Program-made: the position numbers and the translations under genes | Assembly: GCA_973895155.1 (NCBI GenBank) | Contig: OZ316891.1 | Span: forward strand, 26,777,972-26,841,971 | DNA from: Marsupella aquatica | Taxonomy: Eukaryota; Plantae; Marchantiophyta | Direction of reading: 5' to 3' | Length of the DNA stretch: 64,000 bases | In this document: positions 26,621-39,551 of the stretch, in pieces | Layout: each line of letters begins with the position of its first letter | How positions within the stretch are numbered: position 1 is the first letter of the stretch | The notes under the pieces: model-generated | Databases searched by the model: none | What the model was told of the DNA's origin: nothing | What the model saw: only the letters and a program-made list of their open reading frames with translations

Positions 26621-29416
26621 AAATAAGCTAATCCCTAGTGCATGCTGTTGGTACATCTATGTCTACTATACTTGGGACAAAGCCCAAACCTGTCTTGCAC
26701 AGAATCCGCTCATGTGGTGTTTTTTTGGTGTCTGCCAGAGGACGTGTGAACATTCATTAATCAGGATCGAAATCCCAGGCCACAAAGTGAGAAAACCTCA
26801 CTGTCCGGAGCAGCTCAAATCATTACTTCACTCGCTCTAAGCTACAAACGATTGGATGTGAGCTCAGAGTTTGAGACAGGCATGCAGGGCCACCATACCG
26901 TTAGCCCAGATTTGGCCTTTACAACTTACAAGGGAGTGGACGAAATAGAAACTGATTAGTGTGATGCTTGATGAATTGAGTGGATTGCCAAGAGCTCGAG
27001 TCCCTAAGACGCGCATTTGCTTCTGCATTAACTGAGCACTAAATTGTTCGGCCGTTGGAGGGAGTGAGCGGGTCTCATTCTGAATCGACCAAGAATGCGA
27101 AGATTGAGAACCGGATAAGGACCATAATGTATAGAACAAAAGAACTCAGAACTGGAAGGTTGGGTGATACGCTACAGCGTTTGCTTCTGCAATTCTCGTG
27201 AAGGGTAGAAAGAGAAAACTCTAGTAGATTTTGGAAAACCAAAAAAAAAGAGGGTATCCTTGTTCCACCGACAATGGACTAAAGGGAATTGGAAAGGGTA
27301 AAGGTGTGGGCACTGGCCACTATAGCTGGAAGCGTTTTTTCCCCTCCAAAATTCCATTGCGTTCCTTTCGGCGTCTGGAAGATCCCTCTCGACGTCTGGC
27401 GAGCTACAGCGATCCCGGACTGTAGGAGCATTTTTTCCTCCTTTGAATTAATTGATTTAACGTAGCGCGTGGCTCCCACTCATCCATCCATTCAGCTTGC
27501 AGGACGCTGCAAGTCGGGCCTGCGAGGTGGAAGGAACTTTGGAACTTTGACCAGGGGAAGCAGAGGATCAATTTATGTAAAATGCGTGTGTTCCAACTTC
27601 AAAGCGAAACATCGCATGTGGCATCGCCACTAAGCAAGATCAACTTCAAAGTCTGATACCAAGAAATGAGTACTGTACATTGATTGAATGAGTTGTTCCT
27701 CTGTTCGGCTTCGGGGCACGACGTAGTTATGAACTACGGATTCACTGCGTACGGTCAGTATTGGGATAGTGTGTCCCTTGAGCCTTGATAGAAGTAGCGT
27801 CTTCTCTACAGTAGAGTCAGTTTGGACATAGCTTGGCTTTCAAGGAGCTCACCCCTCAGAGCCAACGAGTAACTGTACAAAGAAGCCTAGAGCTTTTACG
27901 TTGTCAGGCTCATCTCCAGAAGCCGCCCACGTGAAGCTTCGATTTCCCCAAATCCTTTACCTGGCTCGAACTTCCACTTGTCACCCTACTCGGTACACGA
28001 GATTCATTGGACCTTCAGACACCAATTCAAAGACAGTTATCGATGGACGTGATCACTGTTCACTCGGCAAACATCTCTCTTGGTCTGAGAATTACGGACT
28101 TCAACTTTAGAGGCTTAGACCATAAATCCCATCCCTCTATCAGTAAGAGAGTAACAGTGTTTACGTACGCTGCACACGTCCGTGGTTAAGAACGTGCTGG
28201 TGACATAGTGGTGAGACTCCTTGGGAGTTGGGATGCACCCCTCATGGGTGCTGCTCGAAACCGATCGAGTACGGATCCGTCCTTGTAACTTGTGTAAGCT
28301 TTCGAGCTCTGCTGAATTTGTTTCTAACTTTCAGCCTCAATGATGACCGAGTAGACCAAATATTACCTCCATTGTCATTCATGTGCCTCGATGTTTTTCA
28401 ATATTCGAAATCGAATCGGATTTTTATTTCTCATCGGTAAATACAATGCTTGTGCCTCGACTCTGTCTCAACATTGACAGAAGTTTGGTATTACACCAGC
28501 ATTGCCAAAGATTGCTCTCTGGAAAGCTGGCGGAATTCATGCGAGGCACACGAGGCTTGTTAGTTAACCTGCACATAGTAAGACTTCTCCTCCATCCCTC
28601 CCGGAGATTCTGTGAGACACAACCATGTGCTGAGAACAAATTCTTGTCCGATTGATATACAGTATTTCGAAACAAACGAACTTCCTGGATAACGAGACGT
28701 GATTCTCCACTGTCCCGGTACAAGGAGATGGTGAGCAGACAGTCTACAATGCAGGAGGAGACGTGAGTGGCATACAGAAGTGCACGCGCTCGTGCCCGGT
28801 TGGATGGGCCAGACTTGTCGGACGTTGAACTGATTAGTTCAAAATGAAAGAAGTTCCTTGGGATGGGAGCCGAGTGTTATTGTAAATTGCACAGTAGGAG
28901 TTGGTGCAAGGACTTTGTAGTTTGCCTCGAACGATGGTGCGCTTTGTACAGTAGTTCGTTCGGAGGAACAGTGACTCCACCTCATATCTCAGTCCCAAGG
29001 AACTGATCAAACACTGATCGGCACCGTATACAGAAATGAAATGAAAGAAAGGCGTAATGAATGAAGGAGCCAAGTTGTGCTTGTTAGTTCCTAAATAGTA
29101 TTTGGTCAAGAAACAGTGGGTTAGATTGGAATCATTGACCAAAGTACAGTACAGTGGTTGCTGTTTCTTCAAGCATCGATTGAATCGTGGCCAAAACGCG
29201 GGAGGGAGATTGGATAAGCGGAGTCTGGAGACTGGAGAGAGAGATTGCCGCCTCGTGGCAGAACAAACAGTGATGCGAATTCAGGTTGCTAATCAGTAAG
29301 CGAGCGATAATTGGCAACCCAGTGTAGATGGGGATGCAGATTGCAGACTCATGAAGCAACCGGACAAATGGGAAGCGGCACTCCAAACGAGACCAATGGT
29401 TGGCATCTAACTCACG

Positions 29417-29712
29417 AGTGGTCGGCACAGTAGCGAACTTGTGAAGTGTGTCCAGAAAGACATTTGGGACACAATAGACAGCATAATTTACGATGGGAGA
29501 AGGGACAGAAGAGAGGCGATCTTGTGACTTACAGCACGAATCCAACACGAAGATCCTCTGCCTCCTCAGTGGTCGGCACAGCAGCAAACTTCTGAAGTGT
29601 GTCCAGAAAGACACTTCACAATTGACAGCACAACTTTCGCTGGGACACACAGGCGGAAGAGAGCCAATCTTGTGACTTACAGCAAGAGTCTAACAGGTAT
29701 ATCCTCTGCCTC
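29417..29712. repeat. Diverged tandem duplication, ~150 bp x2
   Basis: agtggtcggcacag..aactt.tgaagtgtgtccagaaagaca...atcttgtgacttacagca...atcctctgcctcc occurs twice. Confidence 0.85.
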
Positions 29713-30558
29713 CAACAGGGAGGTTTTTCCAGGGGATTCGTAAGTTTCAAATCAAGGGCTTGGAAGGCTCGTCCATTATGTTAACTGTTCAGAGTCCTCT
29801 GTTGTACAGTCTTCCGTAAATCCATGACGCCCGACACAGAGCCACTTTCATCAGAAGCCCAATCTCCCTTTCCCATGTATCCGAATTCCTCAGAACTGTA
29901 GGTGGAAAACATTTTTTTTGTGTCCCAAATTGTTCAAATTCTTTGTACCCAGCAACTCATTGTGTCTCAATTCTGAAGGAATAGGTAATGAGGAATCCAA
30001 GCAGTGGCATCTAGTTCTACACCTTGATTGCTGCACCTTTTGGTTAATTAAAGCCTTGCTCGCTGCCTGAACCGGCCTGCTAGCTCATATCTCGGACCAC
30101 AATTGGAAGACTCCCAGTTCAGGAAATGCGACATCAGTTTCACGATTGGTCTATTGGTGATGTCGATACATTCTACACTAACGCGTCATTAGAATGGTTT
30201 AGAGTTCAACACGAGAATGAGTTTGAATCTAAAAACATTTGAGTTCACCTCTGTGCACAGGAAACAGGATAAAGACTCGGGAGATTTGCTTGATGCAAAG
30301 TTTTGTTTTATCTCGAACTAACCCAATGCACAGTATTGCCACTCCAAATCGTTGCACAGGATTGCCGGCTCCAGAGTGGTGCTGCCCCAAGCCGTCTTTG
30401 TAGTGGTGAATTTTTGCCAAATTCCACCTGCCTTTCATTAGGTACAGCAAAATATGACAGCTATCCTTAATCAAAGGAGATCTAAGGTTAATGCCAGAAA
30501 TTAATATAGAAAAATGACATAATGATTTTCTTGGCATCTTCAGCTTCGCACGAAGACT

Positions 30559-30690
30559 AAGGGGACATCGGTAAACCTAAAAACTTACCCATGTCCAGGC
30601 CCACTTTTTCCTCGGTCGCCAAAATTTAGGGACATTGGTAAACCTTAAAACTTACCCTTGTCCAGGCCCACTTTTTCTTGGTGGCCAAAA
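30559..30690. repeat. Tandem duplication, ~67 bp x2
   Basis: gggacat.ggtaaacct.aaaacttaccc.tgtccaggcccactttttc..ggt.gccaaaa occurs twice. Confidence 0.85.
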
Positions 30691-31329
30691 CTTGCTACAA
30701 TCTCACTGAAAAGTCTTCGGCACTTTCGGCCAAAACTGCCTGCCAAAATTCTCTAGGTTTTTTGTTTCCATCAGCTACAGAAGTTCTCCACCTGGACCCA
30801 CTAGCCAGAATCCTACTGTCGTCCTTAAATTTAGGGACATTTAACGTCAAAAACAAATCTACAGTGGGAAGTATAATAAGGAGTATTATCAGCCCAGACG
30901 AAAAACTTTAAAACCACGCCAGGCGCGTCGGTGTGCGCCTCTTACAGTTGGCCAGCTTTCTACAAGCAGCCGAATTGAGGCTTCCGCTAAATAAGGCTTC
31001 TGTTACACAAACGACAGGACTACTATCTGGAGCACGAGCCAAATCTGTCCGCCATTCTATGTGGAGCACGAGAGGCGACGCCAAATCTAGCCACACTGCC
31101 CACACTGTTCGCCAGGGGCCCCTACGGTAGGTGCGGTTTTGTCGTCAAGCGCCCCTTAGGCATACCCCCGTCCGTACCGACAACGCCCGGAGAAGGGGCT
31201 GACGTACCACCGTTACGATGATAGTCCACCCTCAGTCCCTCACGGGATTACGTGAAGCCCTCACTTCAAAGTGAGGAAACTCTGGTGTCCCGGTAAGTAC
31301 GCTATAACGTTGTTTTTTAGTGGCAAAAA

Positions 31330-31565
31330 TTCGCCAAATTTCATTTCCCCAACAAGCTTTCGCCACTCTTGGCCAGAATTAATTAATAGTTTTCTGTCTC
31401 ATTAGCCAGCCTCCCACAGAGGCCCTATTAGGCAAAATCTAATGGCCATCCTTGAAACTAGCGGGATCGGTCAAGAAACTACTCAGATATGGAATATTCC
31501 AAGGATCTTCTGCTTCACACAATGGACATCATTTGCCACTCCTGGCCAAAATGTAAAAACTGGTA
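31330..31565 (+). repeat. Dispersed repeat family B, copy 2
   Basis: Diverged direct copy of 26340-26620. Confidence 0.7.
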
Positions 31566-31879
31566 CAAATCAAATGTTGACAATATATAGTGTACTACTA
31601 TACTATATAGCACTAAAGTGAACTCTATGATAGACCTTTGAACATAGTGCTCCCCTGAATCACATTTTGGTGGTCTGTACAAAAACATAATGCTCCCCTA
31701 AAAATCACATTTTGGTGTTCAGTAGGAGTTTTTGTAGGATAATTCTATTTAAATGATTTAGAGTACATAGTACAATGGTCCTATGGATCACAAGGGTAGT
31801 CTTTCAAAGCCCCCATGGACCACATTTCCCAAAATTTGAGTTTATTGTAATAATTTGATGTTCATAAATTCAAATAGTT

Positions 31880-32022
31880 TTTAGTTTTGAGTATGTACTA
31901 GAGGAGTAGCTAATCAAATGAAAGGTTTTTACAAATTACTTTTGAGGATGTACTAGAGGAGTAGGTAATCAAATCATAGGTTTTTACAAATTAGTTTTGA
32001 GTATGTACTAGAGGAGTAGGTA
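31880..32022. repeat. ~55-bp tandem repeat, ~2.5 copies
   Basis: ttttgag.atgtactagaggagtag.taatcaaat...aggtttttacaaatta. Confidence 0.9.
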
Positions 32023-32885
32023 GATTACGTTTTGATCATCTTATTTCCTTAAATTTAAGTAGAACTATCAGATCCCTCATGATTGGAGTCTGCAGTCTAG
32101 TGGGTAACTGGCAATTGGAGCACAAGAAGCTTGGCAAGCCCACAACAAAATTGCCTTTTGGCTCTGCATATTGTTTTAGCGAGAATATGGTCTGAGATGG
32201 TAGGTCCAAGATTACTTTTTGAATAGGATAATGTCCTGGTTAGAGGGCATTGTGTGATATAATGCCTGTAACTAGTACATTAATGTACATAAAAACTTGA
32301 GTGACTTTTCGATAAGAAACAAGAAAAAGTGAATCCCTGAAATAGAAAATTCAAAAAAGAAGAGTCATCCAAGAAGTGTTTGCTATGGAAGTGGCCAAAA
32401 ATATACCTTCTTCAGTTATATTAAATTCTATTCATAGATATTTTGTTAGTATCACCATATAAGATTTGGTTATCATCTTGAGATCTTGACTAAATTTATT
32501 TATTTGTGTGGTAAAACTATATTTAATTTTTACTTTTACTATATTTATGGTGTTTTGCATATTCCCCTCCTCAAAAAAAGGGGTGCATTATGGAGAATTA
32601 ATGCACTCAAATATACAAAGAGAAAAGTCACGAAAGGCTTTACGAGTACAAACTAGAACTAGCCAAAAAATAATACATTGTTTCTTTAAGAAATTTAAAT
32701 TTTGATAATCATGAATTTTTTTATATACAAATATCACTTTATATAACTCCTAGATTAGAAAAAAATGAATTATAATAATTAACCTAAAAATGGATTTTAT
32801 ATGACCTTTATTTGTTTGCAATCGTATCCAAAATTACTAAAGCTGGCCCCTGCCAGGCTCCATTAATGTCTGGTGTTGGGGAGAC

Positions 32886-33210
32886 GAGGTATTCTATAAT
32901 GCGAGCAAACAGGAGTTTTGTTAGCGAGGAGAGTAACTATTGTTAGCGGCGAGGTGAGTATTGTTAGCGAGACGCGTGTAGTTTTAAATTTATTTTGCTT
33001 TTTGCTGCCTTTTCTATTTTTTGTGTGTTTTTTATGACTCCATATGGCTAGCGAGATCGCTAGCAAAAAGAAGAGTCCACAAAATGGATGTTATCAAGCA
33101 GTTTACTGTTAGCGAGGCAATTGCATATAGAAAAATTAGGGGTCATGTGAGGAAACGGTTTGCTCATGCCAGGAAAATTTCTACTGTTTCCTCGCACGCT
33201 ACAATGACCC
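32886..33210. mobile_element. Mutator-like MITE (325 bp), copy 2, inverted relative to copy 1
   Basis: Ends gaggtattctataatgcgagcaaacag / ctgtttcctcgcacgctacaatgaccc. 9-bp TSD tggggagac (32877-85) / tgggcagac (33211-19). The interior is the reverse complement of 24834-25151. Confidence 0.85.
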
Positions 33211-35017
33211 TGGGCAGACTACCAAGTCCTTTTGGCAGGTGGACGTGTGGGGAGAGCACCTGGCCACATTAGCTCCCACAAGGTCCTTTTGGCAGCATGG
33301 TATCACAGAAGGTCCAACCTCATCAACAGCCAACCATCCCATCATAGGCACCATGCCATCTGAAGCCCATGACTTCCACCCAAAGAGAAATTGCTCAACA
33401 TTGTTGATAGCAACACATGGTGGGCTTCATTGTTTTGGATGGCTGGCTGATAAATCATTTTTGCAACGGACTGCCCTCTTTTCCAGATGGGTTGGAGTGC
33501 TCTAAGAGTTGATTTCTGTTCACTCCCATTGACCCCCTTATTGTGCCAAACTGTGCTATACTTCCTCTGTGCAACCACCATTCACAAGAGGATCAGGGGT
33601 TGGCAAGTTAGGAGGTGAATGGAAATCAAATCCTAACTTATGGGACATGAAGGGAATTTCTCAACAAGGACTGCATGGACTAGCCATTTCTATCAGCTGT
33701 AAAGATTAAGCAAGACTACTTGAGAGAAAATTTTGCTTAATCTCCACAATCTGGAACAAAATATGTGTTTGCCATATAGCATATAGCATGTTCATCCTAC
33801 TACATGCCTATTTTGACTTATCTTAAAGAATTGAAATGAGGAGACATTTTACTTTTAACCTAAGTTTATGAAAAATAAGTATTGAAAGTATGATTATACA
33901 AAAGTGAATGAAAAAATTGCACACCATTTTAAAAGTGATAAAAGTACAATACTACATGTGCATTAATTGAAAGATATTACAGTAGTTAATGTACCTGTAT
34001 AAGTACAGCGCTTAATGATTCAAAGAGCACTTTATGATTCAAAGAGAAGAGCGTGAACTACTTAACTTTGTTTTTTTAAATTTTCTGCTCTATGTGGGGC
34101 TCTTTATTTAGGTGACACCTGTTCATCAATAAACCATGAACAACTTAAATTCTATGACCAATGGTATATAAGGTGCACTCATCAGTGAATAGTGTACTAC
34201 TTGTCTGGTTGAAGGGTCAAACTTCTCATGCAGGTAAAGAAATATGCCCCTAAAAATGTTAAAAAAAATAGGGAACCTAATATAAACTATGCCCCTCAAA
34301 ATGTTTTAAAAATGTAAGGGACCTAATAAAAACAAATGAAATTAAAAAAGTTAAGAGGGCTGCCAAAAATAACTAAATTCTAAATAATACATGACTAAAA
34401 CATGGATTAGGCCAAATTAACATAAAAATATATTTCAATCAAAGTGAATGAGACAAGATAACCAAAGAATGTTCCACCGTATAGTAGCCTCAAAAAAAAT
34501 CAGGAACAAAATATGTGTTTGCCAATAGGGAGCTGGTGTTTGGCGGGTGAATGGCTGTGAAGGGGTCTCTCAAATATGTGCACTGGAGAGATGGAATTTT
34601 CTCCACTGAATTGGGAGCACCCATAGTACAAAAGTTTAGATCTTAAAGCAGCCCTAAAGCAGTGTTTTTCTTAGGGGGTGGGGGCTTTCAGTACCCCAAC
34701 CATTGTCTGCTGATTTATCTTTTGGGTCAAGTTTAATCATCCCCTTTGGATCATCCTCAAATCTAGGTAGATGTAATGGTTATAAAATAATCAAAGAGAA
34801 ATAGATAAGGAATGTTCTTAGCAACATCTCATGATACAAGGTGACATTCACCACCCTGGCCTGGAACACACATCCCACTAAGTCCAACTACCCATTGTCT
34901 TCTGAGCTGGTGGAACCCATGGTACCAAAACAGCTGACATTTAAAGCACCGTCGAGGACATTGGGGGTTTCTAAGAGGCCTTAGGTACAAATGTGTGCAA
35001 GAAAGCAAGCGACGTTT

Positions 35018-35455
35018 GGTGCAACATAATGACCACCTCTGCAGCAAGATGGCTGGGCATTGTTGATGGTTATCAAACCTCAAAACTTGATGTGACTTAA
35101 GGGTTAAGGTTACTCACAAAACAAATTAGGAACTACCAAACTCAAAATCCACAAGGTTTTGTCTCAAGAATCATCATATGGATACCAGAGTCGATATTTT
35201 ATGGATCATGGATTTCATAGTCCATGTGTTTTGTCTCAACCAATCATCATATGCATACTAGAGTTGATATTTTATGGATTTTTGATTTCATAGTCCATGG
35301 TGCTTTTGTCAGTAACCTTAACCCTTAACTTGCATCAGTTTTGAGGTTGAGACCCCTGATATTGCCCATGCCATTTTTTTTCTTTTTTTTTCATATTTTT
35401 TTTTTGCATTTTTTGTCATGCCATCTTGCCTAGATGATAAGCTACATTGCAGCAG
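35018..35455. mobile_element. Foldback/MITE with long inverted arms and an internal ~72-bp duplication
   Basis: aacctcaaaacttgatgtgacttaagggttaaggttactcacaaaa (~35076) versus ttttgtcagtaaccttaacccttaacttgcatcagttttgaggtt (~35304-35348). Weaker similarity extends outward (gcaagatggc / gccatcttgc). Confidence 0.75.
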
Positions 35456-35699
35456 TAGGAGAGGAGCGGTGGCGAGATTTCTGATCAAGATTGGTTTGAA
35501 CTTTTGAGGAGAACGATCGTGCTGCTGGAGATGATAGATGGTACCATCACAGGCACTAGAGCTATTATTTGGAGGTTTGTTATACAGTCAGGAACGAGTG
35601 GAGAATCGACGATACTCCGGAGACAAATGCCTTGCCAGTGTTCATGACTGAAGGAAACTGGCACAGGATGTCTTGGCTGAGCATGGAGTCCTATGAGAA

Positions 35700-37222
35700 T
35701 GACGAAAACATGTGGGTGAATCGACTGACGAAGTCCTTGCTGGGATTGGACCCACAGACCCTTTTTTACCGGAGTTCGTTACATATGTATGGCACACTCC
35801 TCTGGTTGTAAATGATGAATTGTTTGTGAGAGTGAACTGGTGGTGCAGTGTCAAAGGACAAGTGCCACAAATGCAAAGAATGAAAACAGTGAGGTTAGGT
35901 GGCAGAAAACAAAATGCTCTTGTGAATTTCATAGTCATTCACAAGATTGTGTGATGTATGCAATTCAGCTTTGAATCTTAAGATCAGGCTACTTCCGCTG
36001 TTTTTGGACTGCTCATATGTTATGATTCCTGCGGTATCATCAGGGATTTTCATGTAGCGAATTAGTTGTCAGAAACAGATGTTGCCTTCAACAATTTTGT
36101 TCAACGTTTTCAAAGTGAGCTTTTTGCTGTGCCTGCCGCCCCCTAAACCCTAAACATTATTTTGGCACAGCAATAAAATCTAAACGTTAACCCACATCAA
36201 ATCTACACGTTAAGATTGGCGCTTCTTTCTTTGGCACTCGATGATATTCAGTAGAACTTTTTGTTGTGCGTAATTGCGTCATAGAGTGTTCAGTATGGCT
36301 ACATCGTGTGTATTTGAAACTTTGTTTTGGCACGGACTGACATTGAGTAGAACAGAGAAGCAGGTACGACCCCTTGGACTCGTTTTGGAACCCCACAGCA
36401 TATATTTGATGGTGAAGAACTTTTTGATGCATCTATAAATGACAAACTTTTGAGAGTCCACTTTGATGAAGTTTTGGAAGGATTTGTGCCTGCCTAAGCT
36501 GATGACGATTACAGGCCTTTCAGAAGCTTGTAACCGATTTTCTCTTGAAGAGTAATATTCTCCGTAAGTTACCTGTTGTCCAAAGGCTGGGTTATAACAT
36601 TAAAGTTTGTATCCAAACACATTCTTGAAAGTTTTCGTTAAAGTTCAAGGACAGATGGGTTCCCTTCCACAGGGGAAGGCACAGAGGACGTGAGACAATT
36701 CCGAGAGACAAACATCTATCGAGATGAAATGTTGCAGCTCTTTGAAAAGCAGGATATTTATATTGTCAGCATCACAGAGGATTCAAAAGATACTACAGGA
36801 CTTTCTGATATCAGCCACTGCCAAAGATTATGGCTTAATAGTGCATGGACGTCCTTCGAGTCAAAGGAACATGGATAGTTCTGCGTTCTGCTATGCAGAT
36901 TGCGAATATTATCAGATTTTACGATGGATTGTATTCCCGAAAGGTATGTGACATACAATTGCATTATCCCCTTTGCATTGAAATTCAAGTACAATCCATA
37001 TTGGACCTCCCTTGCGTAGATTGGTGTTTTACTGAGAGGTCTTTCGAGTACTTTAATTTTCTTATGCTTGTGTTGCAGATTTCGTTGTCGGACCTCGATC
37101 TCAAACGAAATGGAGAAGATGAACGACTATTAACAGCTTTGGCCGATAACGGTTCAGGCTTACAAATCTCTGATGACTCGATACTAAACTTCGAGGTTGC
37201 TGGCTTAGTACTCGACAATTAA
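35700..37222 (+). pseudogene. IPK1: Inositol-pentakisphosphate 2-kinase pseudogene (unprocessed)
   Basis: Ordered IPK1 motifs in shifting frames: YDPLDSF (36365), FQKLVTDFLLKSNILRKLPVVQRL (36518), KILQDFLISATAKDYGLIV (~36787), GT-AG intron 36944-37078, ISLSDLDLK (37079-37105), then a frameshift to MEKMNDY*. The 5' boundary (HVGESTDEVLAG, ~35710) is tentative. Confidence 0.8.
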
Positions 37223-39086
37223 CTGTGATCAATATGAGGTCCTTATTCGCAGGGTTACTCATGACTCTGGTAGTTATTAAAGAGTGGAAAATCGCTCATA
37301 CTAAATTGTGTAGTGATGTGTTTTTTTCTGTTTGAGGTTGGCCCACATTCACATCATATTGAGACATTTACAGTAGTTTGAGGCTAATACTTGGTGTGAA
37401 GACACCCGTGTTTGAAGTTTTAGAATTCCACGATCAGTTAACAGGTTTGTTTTTCATGTACTTGTGCGCGAAGGTCAGAAAGAGATTAAAGCAATCATGG
37501 CAGAGTGAACAATTTGTGAGATTGAACTTTCTGTATTCGATTGATTAGTTGTTTATGACCTATTTGTAGGAAATGAAAACAAGTGGCTAGTAAAACCGTC
37601 TTTTTCTGTCCCACCCACGAAAGCAGAATACAGCTTCGCGCTTTTCCAAGGATTGAGGTACTGTAGTTAGCGAACCAGTTCCAAACCTGCGACTGTTCGT
37701 CTTGAGCCTTCTCTAAGCAGTTTATGTAGACCTCTTTCCCACGACATCAAAACTAGAAACATCTGAGCAACCACAATGACTTTTAATTGATGCTAATTTG
37801 CATTCACAATTACTGCCGTGATTGGTGGAGTGAAGAATTAGTGTGAAACTTCGACGCGAGTTGGCTGAGACATGTTCCGATTAGATTGCTCTCGTAACAG
37901 CTTCATTTGGTAAAAACCCATACCGGACCCACGATGTCATTCCATCCCATCCCATCCCAATTCCAATCCAGCCATGAATAAAGAATGTAGAGCGAGATCA
38001 TGGATGTCGACGATTAATGCTTCCTTAACCGGACGGTTCTCGTAATTAAACTAGAGCCACGATCATAGTCACACGGGAATTCAGTGCTACTCGTAAGACC
38101 CAGCTCACTATAGAAGACGCAGCCCCAACGGATCACCTCCAGTATGATCGATTCGACTGTAATCTAACAGGATTATGAAGAATCGCAAAGTCGCCTGCTT
38201 CTACGGCTATGCCATGTCTATATGGATCAGCACCACCCATCTCTACATAGGAGCGATGTCAATAACTGTCTGGATCTCGATCTCTCGCGTGTACAAAGAA
38301 GACTATTCGTAGTGAAGTGCATTTCATTCAACCGGCGAGCATTTCAAAGGGAAGCACAACTTAGAGCAGATGTATGCACTTTTATTCATCCTGCTAATAG
38401 ATGCATTCAATTAAAATAGGCGAGGTTGCTGACTCCGAGAAAAAACGGAACCGCCGAACTGACAATACATGTACATAGACTCCCATTATTTTATCAGATA
38501 GAGTGTTTCAAATTCATCTATCCAGCATGGAAGGGGACCCACAACCAACACAAATCATAGTGGCTCGGCGGCGAGTGTAGCACAAGGTCCGAAGCCAATG
38601 CAAGGATGCCTTTCTGCTGAGATGCGCAGTGACAGCGATTCAAAACGATTCACCGCTTTTGGGTGCGACCTCCTCATGCAGGGGGCCTTCAAATCTCTCA
38701 ACTCCCAACCTCGACTCCCAGAATTTAGTTCGCTACTCTCCAGGATGGAAATGAGATCGGTCCTTCTCCAGATGCGGATGGGGACTCCACACTAAGATTG
38801 AGTCAGTTCCTCAGTATTACTACCAGTACGTCCTCCAAAATAATCTTCAACCTGGTAAGAATCATATGAATCAAAAGAGTTTTCTACATTGTGTGCTGTA
38901 TATAATACAGACTTGCAAAGCTCAACAGATCCGATGGGGCATCGACACATCATTTTGCAGCCCAGATCCGTCATAACCTCTGAGAAGTAAAGCCCCTGGG
39001 CACATAGTTTTGGCTCCCCTATCAAAATTTCATGTGCATGAAGCTATACAGCATACAGAAAAGGTTTCGATAAGTGACCTGGTCAT

Positions 39087-39551
39087 TCAACCTCTGTAGC
39101 ATCGAGTGATACGGGAGCATCCCCTAGTGTATGGCCGGACTGCTCCACTGGCAGAATGGCAATTCGGGGTGTAGTATGACCTTCCAGACCGAGGTGGGCA
39201 AGGGACGTTGCTCGCCGAGAGAGCTCCGTAGCTGATGTACATACTAGAAGACCACAGCTCTCTCCTCGACAATTCTTCCCCGACGACTGGTGCCAGTTCT
39301 TGCGGAATGACACCTCTGGCACTCCCCTCGTCAGAATCTGTGGGCAGCACCCGAGGAAGATCGATATCGCCAAGTGATGACGGCCGGAAAACGGATGAGG
39401 TAGCCCTAGCCATGGAATCAGACACCCGTCTGCCAGTTGCCGCCTCCAAGGTGTGCACTCTTTCCAAGCCGATCAGAAAAATGGTAATGGAAACCAGAAT
39501 CTTAAGCCTCGACGAGACTCCTCTCCGCAATTCCCCACGAAGATCCCCCAT
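39087..39551 (-). CDS. RALF: Rapid alkalinization factor (RALF) precursor
   Basis: Hydrophobic signal-like segment, RRxL site (SRREL), mature peptide with YISYGAL, VPC, GRSYY..NC and RPYTRGCSRITRC (4 conserved Cys). Confidence 0.96.
   Translation of the reverse strand: MGDLRGELRRGVSSRLKILVSITIFLIGLERVHTLEAATGRRVSDSMARATSSVFRPSSLGDIDLPRVLPTDSDEGSARGVIPQELAPVVGEELSRRELWSSSMYISYGALSASNVPCPPRSGRSYYTPNCHSASGAVRPYTRGCSRITRCYRG

Noticed and set aside
36141-36154. Interstitial telomere (ccctaaa)2
   Set aside because: Only two units; at most a telo-box and compatible with chance.
36845-37222. Novel 125-aa gene
   Set aside because: It is a chimera of IPK1 pseudo-exons and an in-frame intron.
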